Below are positions 7,433 to 18,519 of a stretch of DNA of 64,000 nt, in pieces. The position numbers and the translations under genes are program-made. Numbering within the stretch: position 1 is the first letter of the stretch; every line of letters starts with the position of its first letter. The stretch covers positions 2,112,001-2,176,000 of the forward strand of contig OY970178.1 of the NCBI GenBank assembly GCA_963707915.1, read 5' to 3'. Under the pieces are notes generated by a model. That model did not search any database, was not told where the DNA came from, and saw only the letters and a list, made by a program, of their open reading frames with translations. The stretch is from Candidatus Eiseniibacteriota bacterium. Its GTDB lineage: Bacteria > Eisenbacteria > RBG-16-71-46.

Positions 7433-9783
7433 GGACACCCACGCTCGCGGCCGCGCTCGCGCTCGCGCTTCTCGCACCGGGGCCCGCGGCCCCGGCGCCG
7501 CCGGTCGCGCCTGCTGCGGCCCGCCACGCGGCCCCGCGTCCCGACGACGCGCCGCAGGACACGCTGCGGCGGATCGTGCCGCTGGCCGAGGTGGTGGTGA
7601 GCACCACCCGGACCGGCGACCGCGCGCCACTGGCGCGCGCGGTGCTCGAGCGCGACGAGCTGGCGCGGCGCAACACCGGGCAGGACACCCCCATGCTGCT
7701 GGCGACGCTGCCCGGCGCCTACGCCTACTCCGACGCCGGCAACGGCATCGGCTACTCCTACCTCTCGGTGCGCGGCTTCCCCCAGCGCCGCATCAGCGTG
7801 CTCGTCAACGGCGTGCCGCTCAACGACCCCGAGTCCCACGAGGTCTACTGGATCGACCACCCGGACCTGATGGCATCGACCAGCGAGGTGCAGCTGCAGC
7901 GCGGCGTGGGCTCGGCCCTCTACGGCGGCGCCTCGCTCGGCGGCACGGTCGCGGTCGAGACCGCGCCCTTCGGCGAGGCGCCACACGCCTCCGCCACCGT
8001 GGCCTGCGGCTCGTGGGAGACCCGGCGGACCATGCTCGAGACCGACTCCGGGCGACTGCCGGGCGGCTGGAACTTCTACGGCCGGTACTCCCGCATCGAG
8101 ACCGCGGGCTACCGCGCGCAGTCCGGCTCGGATCTCTGGTCCTACGCGTTCGCCGCGCGGCGCACGCTCGGCAGCCAGTCGTTCCGCCTCAACCTCTACG
8201 GCGGGCCCGAGGAGACGCACCTCGCCTACCTCGGCGTGCCGCTCGCGTACCTGGAGGGCAGGATCAGCGGCGACGCCGACCGCGACCGCCGCTTCAACCC
8301 GCTCACCTACGACGGCGAGCGCGACCATTTCTTCGAACCGCACTACGAGTTCATCCACAACTGGGCGCCCCGCGCCGGCCTCACGGTCTCGCAGACCTGG
8401 TTCTGGTTCGACGGCGCCGGCTACTACGACGAACAGCGCGCCGGGCGCAGCCTGGAGCAGTACCGGCTCGCCCCGTGGTGGACCGCGGACTCCGCCCTCG
8501 TCCCGCGTGGCTACTACGCGCAGGACGGGGCGGGGAACCTGGTGCGCGACTCGCTGGGCCGGGCCCAGGTCACGCGCGCCGACCTGGTGCGCCGCCGCAA
8601 CGTGGCCAACCGGCACTACGGCTGGATCCCCCGGGTGCGCGTCGCGCACGCGGGCGGCACGCTCACGGCGGGCGGCGAGCTGCGCGCCCACGACGGCAGG
8701 CACTGGGGCGAGATCGTGTCCGGCGACGGGCTGCCCCCGGGCACCGCGCCGGACCGCGCCTACTACGACTACCACCCGCGCACGCTCTCGGCGTCGTTGT
8801 TCGTGCGCGAGCAGTGGCAGGCCGCTCCGCGGCTGCTCGTGACCGCCGACCTGGCGTGGCGGCACCAGGCCTACCGCATGCGCGGCGACCGCTTCGACGG
8901 CATTCGCTTCGACCAGGACTACGACTTCCTGCTGCCCCGTCTCGGGGCGAGCTTCACGCCCCGGCCCTCGACGACGCTGTTCGCCTCGTTCGCCGTGTCG
9001 GGCCGCGAGCCCGCCTTCCGCGACCTGTACGACGCCGAGGGCGTGGGCAGCGCGCCGCTCTACCGCGTCCGCGACGCGGCCGCCCAGCGCTACGAGGACC
9101 CGCTCATCCGGCCCGAGCACGTGAGCGACTGGGAGGCCGGCCTCGCCTGGCGCGGCGCGGGGGCGGCCGCCACGGTGAACCTCTTCCGCATGGACCTGCG
9201 CGACGAGCTGGTCTACGCGGGCCAATTCAACACCGACCTGGGCTACCCCATCCTCGGCAACGCGGCGCGCTCGGTGCACCAGGGCGTGGAACTCGCGGCC
9301 CGCGCCCAGCGGGCGCTGCCCGCCGGGCTGCGGCTCGATGTCGACGCGAACGCCACGTTCAGCGACAACCACTTCGTCGAGTACCGCGAGGCGTGGGGCC
9401 CGGGCCCCGGCGACGTCGTCGCCTACGACGGCAAGACGCTCGGACTGTTCCCCGAGGTGCTCGGCAACCTCGCCGCGCGGGTCGACTGGCGCGGGCTCAC
9501 GGCCGGGCTGGAGGCGCAGCACGCCGGCCGCATCTACCTCGACAACAACCAGGACCCGCTGGCCAGCATCGCCCCGCGCACCGTGTGGAACGCCGCCGCA
9601 GGCTGGAGCTTCGCGATCGGCGGGACGTCGCGCGCCGGGCTGACGCTGCGGATCGCGAACCTGTTCGACGAGCGATATTGCACCGGCGGCTACATGGACT
9701 ACGACGCGGAGGGGAACCTCGCGCCGATGTTCCTGCCGGCCGCGACGCGGGGCTGGCTCACGCAGGTGAGCGTGGGATTCTGA
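7429..9783 (+). CDS. TonB-dependent outer-membrane receptor, probable thiamine uptake
   Basis: Signal peptide, TonB-box-like LAEVVVSTTR, plug motif SVRGFPQRRISVLVNGVPLNDPE, GSALYG, NLFD, terminal Phe; ATGA overlap with the SSS gene. Confidence 0.9.
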   Translation: MRTPTLAAALALALLAPGPAAPAPPVAPAAARHAAPRPDDAPQDTLRRIVPLAEVVVSTTRTGDRAPLARAVLERDELARRNTGQDTPMLLATLPGAYAYSDAGNGIGYSYLSVRGFPQRRISVLVNGVPLNDPESHEVYWIDHPDLMASTSEVQLQRGVGSALYGGASLGGTVAVETAPFGEAPHASATVACGSWETRRTMLETDSGRLPGGWNFYGRYSRIETAGYRAQSGSDLWSYAFAARRTLGSQSFRLNLYGGPEETHLAYLGVPLAYLEGRISGDADRDRRFNPLTYDGERDHFFEPHYEFIHNWAPRAGLTVSQTWFWFDGAGYYDEQRAGRSLEQYRLAPWWTADSALVPRGYYAQDGAGNLVRDSLGRAQVTRADLVRRRNVANRHYGWIPRVRVAHAGGTLTAGGELRAHDGRHWGEIVSGDGLPPGTAPDRAYYDYHPRTLSASLFVREQWQAAPRLLVTADLAWRHQAYRMRGDRFDGIRFDQDYDFLLPRLGASFTPRPSTTLFASFAVSGREPAFRDLYDAEGVGSAPLYRVRDAAAQRYEDPLIRPEHVSDWEAGLAWRGAGAAATVNLFRMDLRDELVYAGQFNTDLGYPILGNAARSVHQGVELAARAQRALPAGLRLDVDANATFSDNHFVEYREAWGPGPGDVVAYDGKTLGLFPEVLGNLAARVDWRGLTAGLEAQHAGRIYLDNNQDPLASIAPRTVWNAAAGWSFAIGGTSRAGLTLRIANLFDERYCTGGYMDYDAEGNLAPMFLPAATRGWLTQVSVGF

Positions 9784-9817
9784 CGGCGGGGACGCCGGCC
9801 GGGGCCGGCCGGTCCCG

Positions 9818-10246
9818 TCAGCCCGGCCCGGGCGGGCCCGCCGCCGCCGGGCCGCCGGGTCCGCGCGCCGCGAGCCAGTCCAGCGCGGCCTGCATGGAGC
9901 GGAACACCGCCACGGTCTTGGCGCTGCTCCGGCCCATCGAGCGGTAGGTCTCGAACATGCGGGCGAACCCGTAGACCAGGTCGTGCGGGGCGACGATGGC
10001 CAGCCTCGAGGACACTCCCGGCACGTCCATGGCCGCGGCCAGGTCGGCCAGCGCACGCACGCGCTCGCCCGACGAAACGATCAGTTCTTCGACCGGGCTG
10101 AAGTCGACGATCTCGTCGTAGCCCGCCAGTTCGCCGCGGGACCAGGCCTCGCGCTGATAGGCGAAGACGTCTTCATCCGACAGCGTCCTGGTCGCCGTGG
10201 CGACGACGACTCTGCGCTCCCGGTCGATTCGGTATTCGAGGGGCAT
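9818..10246 (-). CDS. Hypothetical protein, SpoIIAA/STAS-SEC14-like
   Basis: Protein-like composition; pattern EIVDFS...RLAIVAP...YGFARMF...VFRSMQAALDWL resembles SpoIIAA-like small proteins; GGAGG RBS. Confidence 0.6.
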   Translation of the reverse strand: MPLEYRIDRERRVVVATATRTLSDEDVFAYQREAWSRGELAGYDEIVDFSPVEELIVSSGERVRALADLAAAMDVPGVSSRLAIVAPHDLVYGFARMFETYRSMGRSSAKTVAVFRSMQAALDWLAARGPGGPAAAGPPGPG

Positions 10247-10524
10247 CGATACCTCCGACCTTTTCGGCTGCGGCCGGGTCGCGGCCCGGGCGAGCCGCAT
10301 CGGCGAGTCTAGCACCCGGGGCCTGCGGGCTGGTTTGAAAATCGGCAGCCAGCTCCGCGGCTTGACCGACAGGTTGTCGAGGCTGTTGAGGTCGCTCCAG
10401 TGCCTTGGCCATTGGCCGGGCACTGCCAGTTAATACATTGATGGTGAACATGTTACCGCATTTAGCCGACACTCGTCACAGCGCATGAGTCGGCTTGTTT
10501 GCGTCAATGTCCTTGATCCATTAT

Positions 10525-10553
10525 TGTATCACGGTCAATTTTGGCCGCGGTCA
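10525..10553. promoter_or_regulatory. Candidate TetR operator / promoter region
   Basis: AT-rich patch before the TetR gene, with imperfect inverted repeats CGGTCAA-TT-TTGGCCG (10532-10547) and TGGCCGCGGTCA (10542-10553). Confidence 0.4.
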
Positions 10554-10581
10554 TGTTTACATCAAGCCCAAAAGGACACCC

Positions 10582-11184
10582 ATGACTGAAGTCCTGTCCC
10601 GACGAGAGCGCAAGAAGGACGAGACCCGCCACCGGATCTTCCATGCGGCGATCGATCTCTTCCGCGAGAAGGGCTTCGAGCAGACCACGGTGGACGACAT
10701 CACCGAGAAGGCCGACGTCGCGAAGGGCACCTTCTTCAACTACTTCCGCCGCAAGGAGGCCGTGCTCGCGTTCCTCTCCGAGACCCGCCTGCAGGCCATC
10801 GAGGACAACGCCGAGGCCTTCATGGCCGCGGCCGGGCCGGCGCGGGAGAAGCTCACGGAGCTCTACCTGAACGCGGCCTCGGCCTACGAGGAAGAGGACA
10901 GCGAACTGTCGCGTTACGTGCTGCTCGAACTGATGTCGCGCTTGTTCTCTCCCACGGAGGAAGTCGTGATCCGGTGGCACGAGCAGATCGTCCAGCTCGT
11001 CACGCGGGGACAGGGGAACGGGGAGCTCCGGACGGAGCTGGACCCGCTGCGGGTCGAGGCGGTGCTCACCGGCCTCTACTACGCCACGCTCTACGAATGG
11101 GTCTGCAGCGTGCCGCCCGCCTTCTCCGTGGCCGAAGAACTGCGCGCGCGTCTCAACCTGGCGATGGAGGGCATCGCATCGTGA
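10582..11184 (+). CDS. TetR/AcrR family transcriptional regulator
   Basis: RRERKKDETRHRIFHAAIDLFREKGFEQTTVDDITEKADVAKGTFFNYF HTH; AAGGA RBS. Confidence 0.93.
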   Translation: MTEVLSRRERKKDETRHRIFHAAIDLFREKGFEQTTVDDITEKADVAKGTFFNYFRRKEAVLAFLSETRLQAIEDNAEAFMAAAGPAREKLTELYLNAASAYEEEDSELSRYVLLELMSRLFSPTEEVVIRWHEQIVQLVTRGQGNGELRTELDPLRVEAVLTGLYYATLYEWVCSVPPAFSVAEELRARLNLAMEGIAS

Positions 11185-12611
11185 ACCCCCGCACCCGAAC
11201 CGTCCCGTTGCTCCTCGCAGCCGCGCTGCTCCTGCCGGCCGCGGCCCTCGCCCGCCCGGCGCGCACGCCCGCGCCGGTCCCCACCGACACGCTGAGGCTC
11301 TCGCTCGACGACGCGCTGCGGCGCGCGCTGGCCGTCAGCGAGGAGATGCGCGCCGCGCGTGCGCTGGTGAACCAGACCCAGGGCCAGGTGCTCGAACAGC
11401 TCTCCCGCGCCCTGCCGCAGGTCACCGGCATGGTCACCTACAACCGGAAGCTCGAGAGCATCTTCCAGGGCGCGGTCGCCGACACCGGCATCTTCGGGCA
11501 GATCCTGAAGAACAGCTCCTTCGCCGCGGTGCACACCTGGAGCGCGGACCTGACGGCGCAGCAGCTCCTCTGGTCGGGAGGGAAGGTGGGCGCGGCGCTG
11601 AAGACCGCGAAGGCCGCGAACCGCTCGGCGCACGCCTCCGAGCAGGAGACCGCCTCGGACCTGACCTACCAGGTCCGGCAGGCCTACTACGACGCGGTCT
11701 ATGCCGGCCGGCTGGTCGAGATCGCCGAGAGCTCGCTCGCACAGGCCCGCGCGCACCTCGGCCAGGTGCGCTCCGGGCGTCGCGAGGGCAGCCGCTCCGA
11801 GTACGAGGCGCTGCGGGCCGAGGTGGACGCCGCCAACCAGGAACCGCCGGTCGTGGCGGCCCGGAACGGCCTCGATCTCGCCCGCCTCGCGCTCAAGCGC
11901 CTGGTCAACGTGCCACTGGAGCAGCCGGTCGCGCTGGTCACGCCGCTCGCCTCGCCGGACGGCACGGTGCCCGTCGTGACCGACCTCTCGACCGCCATCG
12001 ACCACCGTCCGGCCCTCGCCGCCGCCGAGTTCGAGGTCGAGGCGCGCCGCCAGGCCGTGAAGGTCTATCGCGGGCAGCACTGGCCCGACCTCTACGTCTC
12101 CTCCACGATCTCGCAGCAGGCGTTCCCGCCGGAGCTGTGGCCGAGGCGCAACGAGTTCCGCCGCAACTGGGACGCCACCGTGCGGCTCGAGGTGCCGATC
12201 TTCAGCGGCCTGCGCACCGAGGGCCAGGTGGCCCAGGCGCGGGCCCAGTACGAGACGGCGCGGGCCAGCCGCGACCGCCTGCAGGAAAGCGCCGCGATCG
12301 AGGCCGTCCAGGCCAGGGCCGAGCTCGAGCGCGCGCTCTCCGCGCTGATGGCCCGGCGCGAGACCGTGCGCCAGGCCCAGCGCGCGTGGGAGCTGGCCGG
12401 CGTGCGCTTCACCAACGGCCTGTCCACGCAGGTCGAGGTCTCGGACTCCCGGCTGCAGTTGCAGTCCGCGGAGGTCAACGAAGTGCAGGCCACGCGGGAC
12501 TACCTCGTCGCCATCGCCGCGCTGGAGCGCGCGGTGGGCCATCCGGTCCCGGTCGAGCGCAGGGCCCTCGAAGACGTCACCCCTTCCTCCAACCTTGAAG
12601 GAACTCGCTGA
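11181..12611 (+). CDS. TolC family outer membrane efflux protein
   Basis: Signal peptide, LSLDDALRRAL, two OEP repeats (VRQAYYD; LEVPIFSG); GTGA overlap with tetR. Confidence 0.88.
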   Translation: MNPRTRTVPLLLAAALLLPAAALARPARTPAPVPTDTLRLSLDDALRRALAVSEEMRAARALVNQTQGQVLEQLSRALPQVTGMVTYNRKLESIFQGAVADTGIFGQILKNSSFAAVHTWSADLTAQQLLWSGGKVGAALKTAKAANRSAHASEQETASDLTYQVRQAYYDAVYAGRLVEIAESSLAQARAHLGQVRSGRREGSRSEYEALRAEVDAANQEPPVVAARNGLDLARLALKRLVNVPLEQPVALVTPLASPDGTVPVVTDLSTAIDHRPALAAAEFEVEARRQAVKVYRGQHWPDLYVSSTISQQAFPPELWPRRNEFRRNWDATVRLEVPIFSGLRTEGQVAQARAQYETARASRDRLQESAAIEAVQARAELERALSALMARRETVRQAQRAWELAGVRFTNGLSTQVEVSDSRLQLQSAEVNEVQATRDYLVAIAALERAVGHPVPVERRALEDVTPSSNLEGTR

Positions 12612-13732
12612 TGGATACGCGCCTGATGAAGCGGCTGCTGGTGATGGGTGCGCTGCTCGTCCTCGGGGCCGGTTGCGCCGCGAAACAGGACCCCAGGAAC
12701 GACGATGCGGCGGTGGCCCTGCTCGGACCGCAGGACATCGCGAAGGTGGCGCGCACGGACCTCGCCACGGGCCTGCCCGTCACCGGCACGCTCAAGCCCG
12801 CCATGGACGTGAGCCTCACCGCCCCGTACCCCGAGCTGATCGAGGCGGTGCTGGTGAAGGAGGGCGAGAGGGTCCACAAGGGCCAGCCGCTGGCGCGCCT
12901 GCGCACCGAGTCCCTCGAGCCGGCCGCGGCCGGCGCGGAGGCCCAGCGGCGCAGCGCGGCGGCCGACTACGAGCGCATGAAGAACCTGCTCAAGGAAGGC
13001 GCCGTCTCGCAGCGCGACGTGGAGGGCGCCGAGGCCCAGTTCCGGGGGGCCGAGGCGGCCGCCGCCTACGCCGACAAGCGTCTCCGGGAAGCGACCGTCC
13101 GCGCGCCCTTCGACGGGGTGGTCGCGAAGCGCCTGGTGCAGGGCGGCGACCGCCTGGGCGATGGCGGCGGGATGTTCCGGATCGTCAACACCGCGGAGCT
13201 GGAGCTGGAGGCCAACGTGCCGGGCGAGGCGGTGGGAGCGGTCCGGGTCGGCTCGCCCGTCGTGCTCGCGGCGAGCGGACTCGAGGACGTCGCCATCCGG
13301 GGCCGGGTGGCGCGCGTGAACACGACCGCCGACCCGGCCACGCGCCAGGTCCGTCTCTACGTGACCGTCCCGAACCGCGACGGCCGGCTGTTCGGCGACA
13401 TCTTCGCCAGCGGCCGCGTGCAGCTCGGCCACGTCACCGGCGTGCTCGCGGTGCCCACCACCGGCATCCGCACCGGCACGGACGGAGCGACCTACGCGTG
13501 GTTCATCGTGAACGGCGCCGCCGAGCGGCGGCCCGTCACCGCCGGCCTGCGGGACGAGGTGCGCGACCTCGTCGAGGTCGTCGGCGGCGCGAAGGAAGGC
13601 GAGACGATCATCACCGGCCCGATCGAGACGCTCACCCAGGGACAGCGGATCCAGGTCGTGGAGGACGTCACCGCCGCGCCGGTCGCGAAGCGCGGCACCC
13701 CCCGGAAGAGCACCGCCGGCAAGGGGAAGTAG
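12611..13732 (+). CDS. Efflux RND transporter periplasmic adaptor (MFP) subunit
   Basis: Lipoprotein-like LGAGC, VLVKEGERVHKGQPLARL, TVRAPFDGVV, DPATRQV, LAVPT motifs. Confidence 0.9.
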   Translation: MDTRLMKRLLVMGALLVLGAGCAAKQDPRNDDAAVALLGPQDIAKVARTDLATGLPVTGTLKPAMDVSLTAPYPELIEAVLVKEGERVHKGQPLARLRTESLEPAAAGAEAQRRSAAADYERMKNLLKEGAVSQRDVEGAEAQFRGAEAAAAYADKRLREATVRAPFDGVVAKRLVQGGDRLGDGGGMFRIVNTAELELEANVPGEAVGAVRVGSPVVLAASGLEDVAIRGRVARVNTTADPATRQVRLYVTVPNRDGRLFGDIFASGRVQLGHVTGVLAVPTTGIRTGTDGATYAWFIVNGAAERRPVTAGLRDEVRDLVEVVGGAKEGETIITGPIETLTQGQRIQVVEDVTAAPVAKRGTPRKSTAGKGK

Positions 13733-13734
13733 CC

Positions 13735-16700
13735 ATGTTCCTCAGCGACCTTTCCATCAAGCGGCCGGTCCTCTCCACGATGATGATCCTGGCCCTCGTG
13801 GTGCTGGGACTGTTCTCGTTCCGACGACTCGGCATCGACCTGTTCCCGAACGTCGAGTTCCCGTTCGTGGGCATCCAGACCAACTACCCCGGCGCCTCGC
13901 CCGAGGCGGTCGAGCGCGAGGTCACGAAGAAGATCGAGGAGGCGGTCAACTCGGTCGAAGGGGTCAAGGAGATCACCTCGACCTCGGCCGAGGGCTACTC
14001 GCTCGTCTTCATCCAGTTCCGCCTGAACACGCGGGTCCAGGACGCCCTGGCCGACGTGCGCGCCAAGGTGGACGGGATCCGCCTCGACCTGCCCAAGGAG
14101 ATCGACCCGCCGGTCATCTCGCGCTACAGCACGACCTCCATGCCGATCATGAGCTTCTCGCTGCAGGGCGACGGCTGGGCCCTGCGCGACCTCACCCGGC
14201 TCGCCGAGGAGACCATCAGCCGCCGCCTGGAGAACATCTCGGGCGTCGGCGGCGTGGACGTCGTGGGCGGCGTGCGCCGCGAGATCCACGCACTGCTCAT
14301 CCCGGACCGGATGAACGCGCTGGGCGTCTCCTCCGACATGGTGATCGCGGCGCTCCAGCGCGAGAACGCCGACGTGCCCGCGGGTCGCGTCGAGAAGGGC
14401 GCACGCGAGGACCTGGTGCGCATCAAGGGCCGCATCCGCGACCCGCGCGACTTCGCCCGCATCGTCGTCACCACCCGCGGCGGCACCCCCGTGCACCTCG
14501 ACGACGTCGCCCGGGTCGAGGACTCGCAGGAGGAGGAGCGCGACATCGCGCTGGTGGACGGCCGGCGCACGGTTGCCATCGACATCCGCAAGGTCTCGGG
14601 CGGCAACACGGTGCAGATCGCCGACCAGGTCAACCGGTCCGTCGCCGAGCTCAACCGCACCCTGCCGGGCGGCGTGAAGCTCGCGGTCATCCGCGACAAC
14701 TCGGTCTGGATCCGCCACTCGGTCGAGGACGTGCGCAAGACCCTGGTCGAGGGGGCCATCCTCACGATCCTGGTCGTGTTCCTGTTCCTCAACTCCTGGC
14801 GCTCGACCGTCATCACCGGCCTGACCCTGCCGGTGTCGGTGATCTCCGCGTTCCTCGCCATCTACGCCTTCGGCTTCACGCTCAACATGATGACGCTGAT
14901 GGCCCTGTCGCTGGTCATTGGCATCCTCATCGACGACGCGATCGTGGTGCGGGAGAACATCGTCCGGCACCTCGAGCGCGGCGAGGACCACTTCACCGCC
15001 GCGCGCAAGGGCACCTCGGAGATCGGCTTCGCGGTGGCGTCCACGTCGCTGTCGATCGTCGCGGTGTTCGTGCCGGTGGCGTTCATGGGCGGCATCGTCG
15101 GGCGCATGTTCTACGCCTTCGGCATCACCGTCACCTGCGCGGTGCTGGTGTCGCTGTTCGTCTCGTTCACGCTCGACCCGATGCTCTCGTCGCGCTGGTA
15201 CGATCCGCAGGCCGAGGGCCACGACCAGCACGGCCCGGTGGGCCGGACGCTGCAGCGCTTCAACCGCTGGTTCGAGAAGGTGAGCCAGCGCTACCGCGGG
15301 ATCATCCGCTGGGCGCTCGCGCACCGGCTGCTCACGACCGGCATCGCGACCCTGTCCTTCGTGATCGCCCTGGCGATCCCCATGGTGGGGCTGGTCGGCG
15401 GGCAGTTCATGCCCACCTCCGACGACGAGGAGACCGGCGTCGGCATCGACACGCCGGTGGGCTCGTCGCTCTCCTACACCGAGGCCAAGGCGCGCGACAT
15501 CGTGCGCTACCTCAAGACCCTGCCCGAGGTGGCGTACTGCTACACCACCATCGGCGGACCCGCCTACAGCAACGCGGTGAACCGCGGGCTGGTCTTCGTC
15601 AAGCTCACGCCCAAGCGCGAGCGTCACCGCAGCCAGCGGGACATCGAGGCGCTGATCCGCCACGACCTGCCGCGCTTCAAGGGGGTGACGGCGCGCATCC
15701 TGCTCCTCGGCATGTTCGGCCAGGGCGGGCAGGCCCCCATCCTGCTCAACCTGCAGGGCCCGAACCTCACCGAGCTCGAGCGGCTGTCCGGCGAGGTCAT
15801 GACCGCCGTGCGCGACGTCCCCGGCCTGGTCGAGCTCAAGTCCACGCTCGAGGAGAAGAAGCCCGAGTGGGTGGTGAACGTGGACCGCGGCCTGGCCGCC
15901 GACCTCGGGCTCTCCGTCGGGCAGGTCGGCATGTCCCTGCGGCCGGTGCTCGCCGGGCAGAAGGCCGGGGACTGGGAGGACGAGACCGGGCTCGCCCACG
16001 ACGTGGTCGTCCGCCTCGCCCCGGAGTTCCGCACCTCGCTGGCCGACCTGGTGCGCGTGCCCGTCGCCACCGCCCAGGTGGACCCGCGCACCGGCCAGCC
16101 GGTCATGGTGCCGCTCGGGCAGGTCGCCACGCTCCAGCGCGGCGGCGCTCCCAGCCAGATCGATCACCGCAACCTCGAGCGCGTGGCCACCATCGAGGGC
16201 AACTACGAGGGACGGCCCCTGACCGAGGTTTCGAACGCGGTCACGGCCCGCATCAAGGCCCTCAAGCTGCCGCCGGGCTACCGTTTCAACTTCGGCGGCG
16301 AGCAGCAGGACTTCGTCGAGACCGTGGGATACATCACCGAGTCGCTGGTGATCGCCGTGCTGTTCGTCTACCTCATCCTGGCGGCGCAGTTCGGTTCGTT
16401 CACGCAGCCGCTCGCCATCATGTTCTCGCTGCCGCTCTCGCTGTTCGGCGTCACGCTGGCCCTCGCGCTCATGCGCAGCACGTTCAACATCATGAGCATG
16501 ATCGGCGTCATCATGCTGATGGGGCTGGTGACCAAGAACGCGATCCTGCTGGTGGACTTCGCCAACCAGGCGCGGGCGCGCGGCGTCGACCGCGCCCAGG
16601 CGCTCGTGGACGCGGGGCAACTGCGGCTGCGGCCCATCGTGATGACCACGCTCGCCATGATCTTCGGCATGCTCCCGACCGCGCTCGCGCTGGGCGCCGG

Positions 16701-16941
16701 CTCGGAGTTCCGCGCCCCCATGGCCTACGCCATCATCGGCGGGCTGATCACCTCCACGCTGCTCACGCTGATCGTGGTGCCGGTCGCCTACGCCTACCTG
16801 GACGACTTCAGCACCTGGTTCGGATCGCTCGCCCTGCGGTTCACCAAGTCCCCCGCGGAATACGCGGAGATCGTCGCGCGGCGCGGCAGGCCCACGGCCG
16901 ACGGCCCGCAGGAGCAGCCCGGGCCGACCACCGGGCGGTAG
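13735..16941 (+). CDS. Efflux RND transporter permease subunit (AcrB/AcrD/AcrF family)
   Basis: [12 protein letters not shown] start, [36 protein letters not shown] motifs. Confidence 0.95.
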   Translation: MFLSDLSIKRPVLSTMMILALVVLGLFSFRRLGIDLFPNVEFPFVGIQTNYPGASPEAVEREVTKKIEEAVNSVEGVKEITSTSAEGYSLVFIQFRLNTRVQDALADVRAKVDGIRLDLPKEIDPPVISRYSTTSMPIMSFSLQGDGWALRDLTRLAEETISRRLENISGVGGVDVVGGVRREIHALLIPDRMNALGVSSDMVIAALQRENADVPAGRVEKGAREDLVRIKGRIRDPRDFARIVVTTRGGTPVHLDDVARVEDSQEEERDIALVDGRRTVAIDIRKVSGGNTVQIADQVNRSVAELNRTLPGGVKLAVIRDNSVWIRHSVEDVRKTLVEGAILTILVVFLFLNSWRSTVITGLTLPVSVISAFLAIYAFGFTLNMMTLMALSLVIGILIDDAIVVRENIVRHLERGEDHFTAARKGTSEIGFAVASTSLSIVAVFVPVAFMGGIVGRMFYAFGITVTCAVLVSLFVSFTLDPMLSSRWYDPQAEGHDQHGPVGRTLQRFNRWFEKVSQRYRGIIRWALAHRLLTTGIATLSFVIALAIPMVGLVGGQFMPTSDDEETGVGIDTPVGSSLSYTEAKARDIVRYLKTLPEVAYCYTTIGGPAYSNAVNRGLVFVKLTPKRERHRSQRDIEALIRHDLPRFKGVTARILLLGMFGQGGQAPILLNLQGPNLTELERLSGEVMTAVRDVPGLVELKSTLEEKKPEWVVNVDRGLAADLGLSVGQVGMSLRPVLAGQKAGDWEDETGLAHDVVVRLAPEFRTSLADLVRVPVATAQVDPRTGQPVMVPLGQVATLQRGGAPSQIDHRNLERVATIEGNYEGRPLTEVSNAVTARIKALKLPPGYRFNFGGEQQDFVETVGYITESLVIAVLFVYLILAAQFGSFTQPLAIMFSLPLSLFGVTLALALMRSTFNIMSMIGVIMLMGLVTKNAILLVDFANQARARGVDRAQALVDAGQLRLRPIVMTTLAMIFGMLPTALALGAGSEFRAPMAYAIIGGLITSTLLTLIVVPVAYAYLDDFSTWFGSLALRFTKSPAEYAEIVARRGRPTADGPQEQPGPTTGR

Positions 16942-16974
16942 GACCGGGCCGCGGACGGGCGGCGACGAAGGGGC

Positions 16975-16999
16975 CGGGCGGGGCGCTTCCCCGCCCGGC
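16975..16999. terminator. GC-rich hairpin between convergent RND permease and mutY genes
   Basis: CCGGGCGGGG-CGCTT-CCCCGCCCGG perfect 10-bp stem; no U-tract. Confidence 0.4.
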
Positions 17000-18184
17000 T
17001 CATCTCGTCCGGGACCGGGTCGCGCCGGGTGCCGCCGCAGCGCGCGAGACGCCCGGGTCCCGAGCCATCGCGCTCGCGCGCGCCGGGTTCGTGGCGGCCG
17101 GGGAAGGACCCGCGGGGCACGCGGCAGCGCGCGCCCCGGGCCGAAGGGCCGCCCGCAGTCCCGCCACCCGCCGCGCGAGCGCGGTGAGGGCGACGTCGGG
17201 GGCGAGCGGGTCCACCCAGCGCAGCCGCGCCGTGCGCGGCAGGGGACCGGCCAGCTCCCCGCGCCACGCCTCGGCGGTGATGTCGCGGTGGGTGATGGCG
17301 TGGCGGATGGCCGTCCCCGCCGGCGCGAGCCGCGCGCGCAGGCCGAGCTCCCCGAGCCGCGCGACCAGCGCCGCGCGCGCCGACCCGCGCGCCGCCAGTT
17401 CGACGCCGGGCGGCTCCCACAGCCCGGCGAGCAGCGCGCCCTCGCGGCGTGCGACCAGCATGCGGCCCCGCCGCTCGATGAGCACGACCGCTCGGCGCAC
17501 CTTCTCGCCCGCCCGGCGCGCGGGCACCGGCGGGAACTCCGCCACGCGGCCGAGCGCGAGCGCGCGGCACCCGCGCCTCACCGGGCACTCGCCGCAGCGC
17601 GGGGCGCGCGGCGTGCACAGGGTCGCGCCCAGCTCCATCAGCGCCTGGTTCCAGTCGCCGGGCCGTCGCGCCGGGACGAGCTCGTCGGCCAGCGCCCAGA
17701 GCCCCCGCGCCCCCCGCGGCTCGCGCAGGGACACCCGCAGCGCGCCCCAGCGCGACAGGACGCGCGCCACGTTGCCGTCCAGCACCGGCAGGGAGCGGCC
17801 GAAGGCGATCGAGAGCACCGCCCCGGCGGTATAGCGCCCGACACCGGGCAGCCGGGCGAAGGCGGCCGGCTCGGACGGCACGCGGCCCCCGTGCTCGCGC
17901 ATGACCATGCGCGCGGCCTCGCGCAGCTGGCGCGCGCGACGGTAGTAGCCGAGCCCCGCCCAGGCGGTGAGCACGTCCGCCTCGCGGGCCCGGGCCAGCG
18001 AGGCGAGGCTGGGGAAGCGCTCCAGGAAGGCGTGGTAGTACGGCACCGCGGTGGCGACCCGGGTCTGCTGGAGCATCACCTCGGAGAGCCAGACCCGGTA
18101 GGGATCGCGCTCGCCGCGCCACGGCAGCGGCCGGCGGTGCGCGTCGTACCAGCGCAGCAGCGCGCGGCGCAGCGCGGCGGTCAC
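17000..18184 (-). CDS. mutY: A/G-specific adenine glycosylase MutY
   Basis: LPWR, PYRVWLSEVMLQQTRV, WAGLGYYRRAR, LPGVGRYTAGA, DGNVARV, 4Fe-4S motif CTPRAPRCGECPVRRGC. Confidence 0.95.
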   Translation of the reverse strand: MTAALRRALLRWYDAHRRPLPWRGERDPYRVWLSEVMLQQTRVATAVPYYHAFLERFPSLASLARAREADVLTAWAGLGYYRRARQLREAARMVMREHGGRVPSEPAAFARLPGVGRYTAGAVLSIAFGRSLPVLDGNVARVLSRWGALRVSLREPRGARGLWALADELVPARRPGDWNQALMELGATLCTPRAPRCGECPVRRGCRALALGRVAEFPPVPARRAGEKVRRAVVLIERRGRMLVARREGALLAGLWEPPGVELAARGSARAALVARLGELGLRARLAPAGTAIRHAITHRDITAEAWRGELAGPLPRTARLRWVDPLAPDVALTALARRVAGLRAALRPGARAAACPAGPSPAATNPARASAMARDPGVSRAAAAPGATRSRTR

Positions 18185-18197
18185 CGGCCGCCGCCGC

Positions 18198-18401
18198 TCA
18201 GCGCTTCGGCTGGAAGATCGCGGCGGACACGTCCTTGAGGTCCGGCGTCCGGGTCTGTGCGCCGGTCCACGCGCTGGCGAGCGGGGTGCCGCAACGCGGG
18301 CAGGGGATCTTCGCCTCGGCGCCCTCGCCGGCGCTTGGCATCCAGCGCTCGACCTTCACCTGGCAGCCGGACGTCTGACAGAGGTACACGCAGAGAGGCA
18401 T
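18198..18401 (-). CDS. Small zinc-ribbon protein (FmdB-like)
   Basis: MPLCVYLCQTSGC...CPRCG; GGAGA RBS; co-oriented and 13 nt upstream of mutY. Confidence 0.6.
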   Translation of the reverse strand: MPLCVYLCQTSGCQVKVERWMPSAGEGAEAKIPCPRCGTPLASAWTGAQTRTPDLKDVSAAIFQPKR

Positions 18402-18519
18402 CGCTCATCTCCCATCGGACACTCGCCGGCGCGCCGCCACGGCGCGACGGACCACCGGCGCATGATAGCCGAACGGCGCGGCGTCTGTCGCGACCCGGCC
18501 GCGGTCCCGCGGACGGGGC

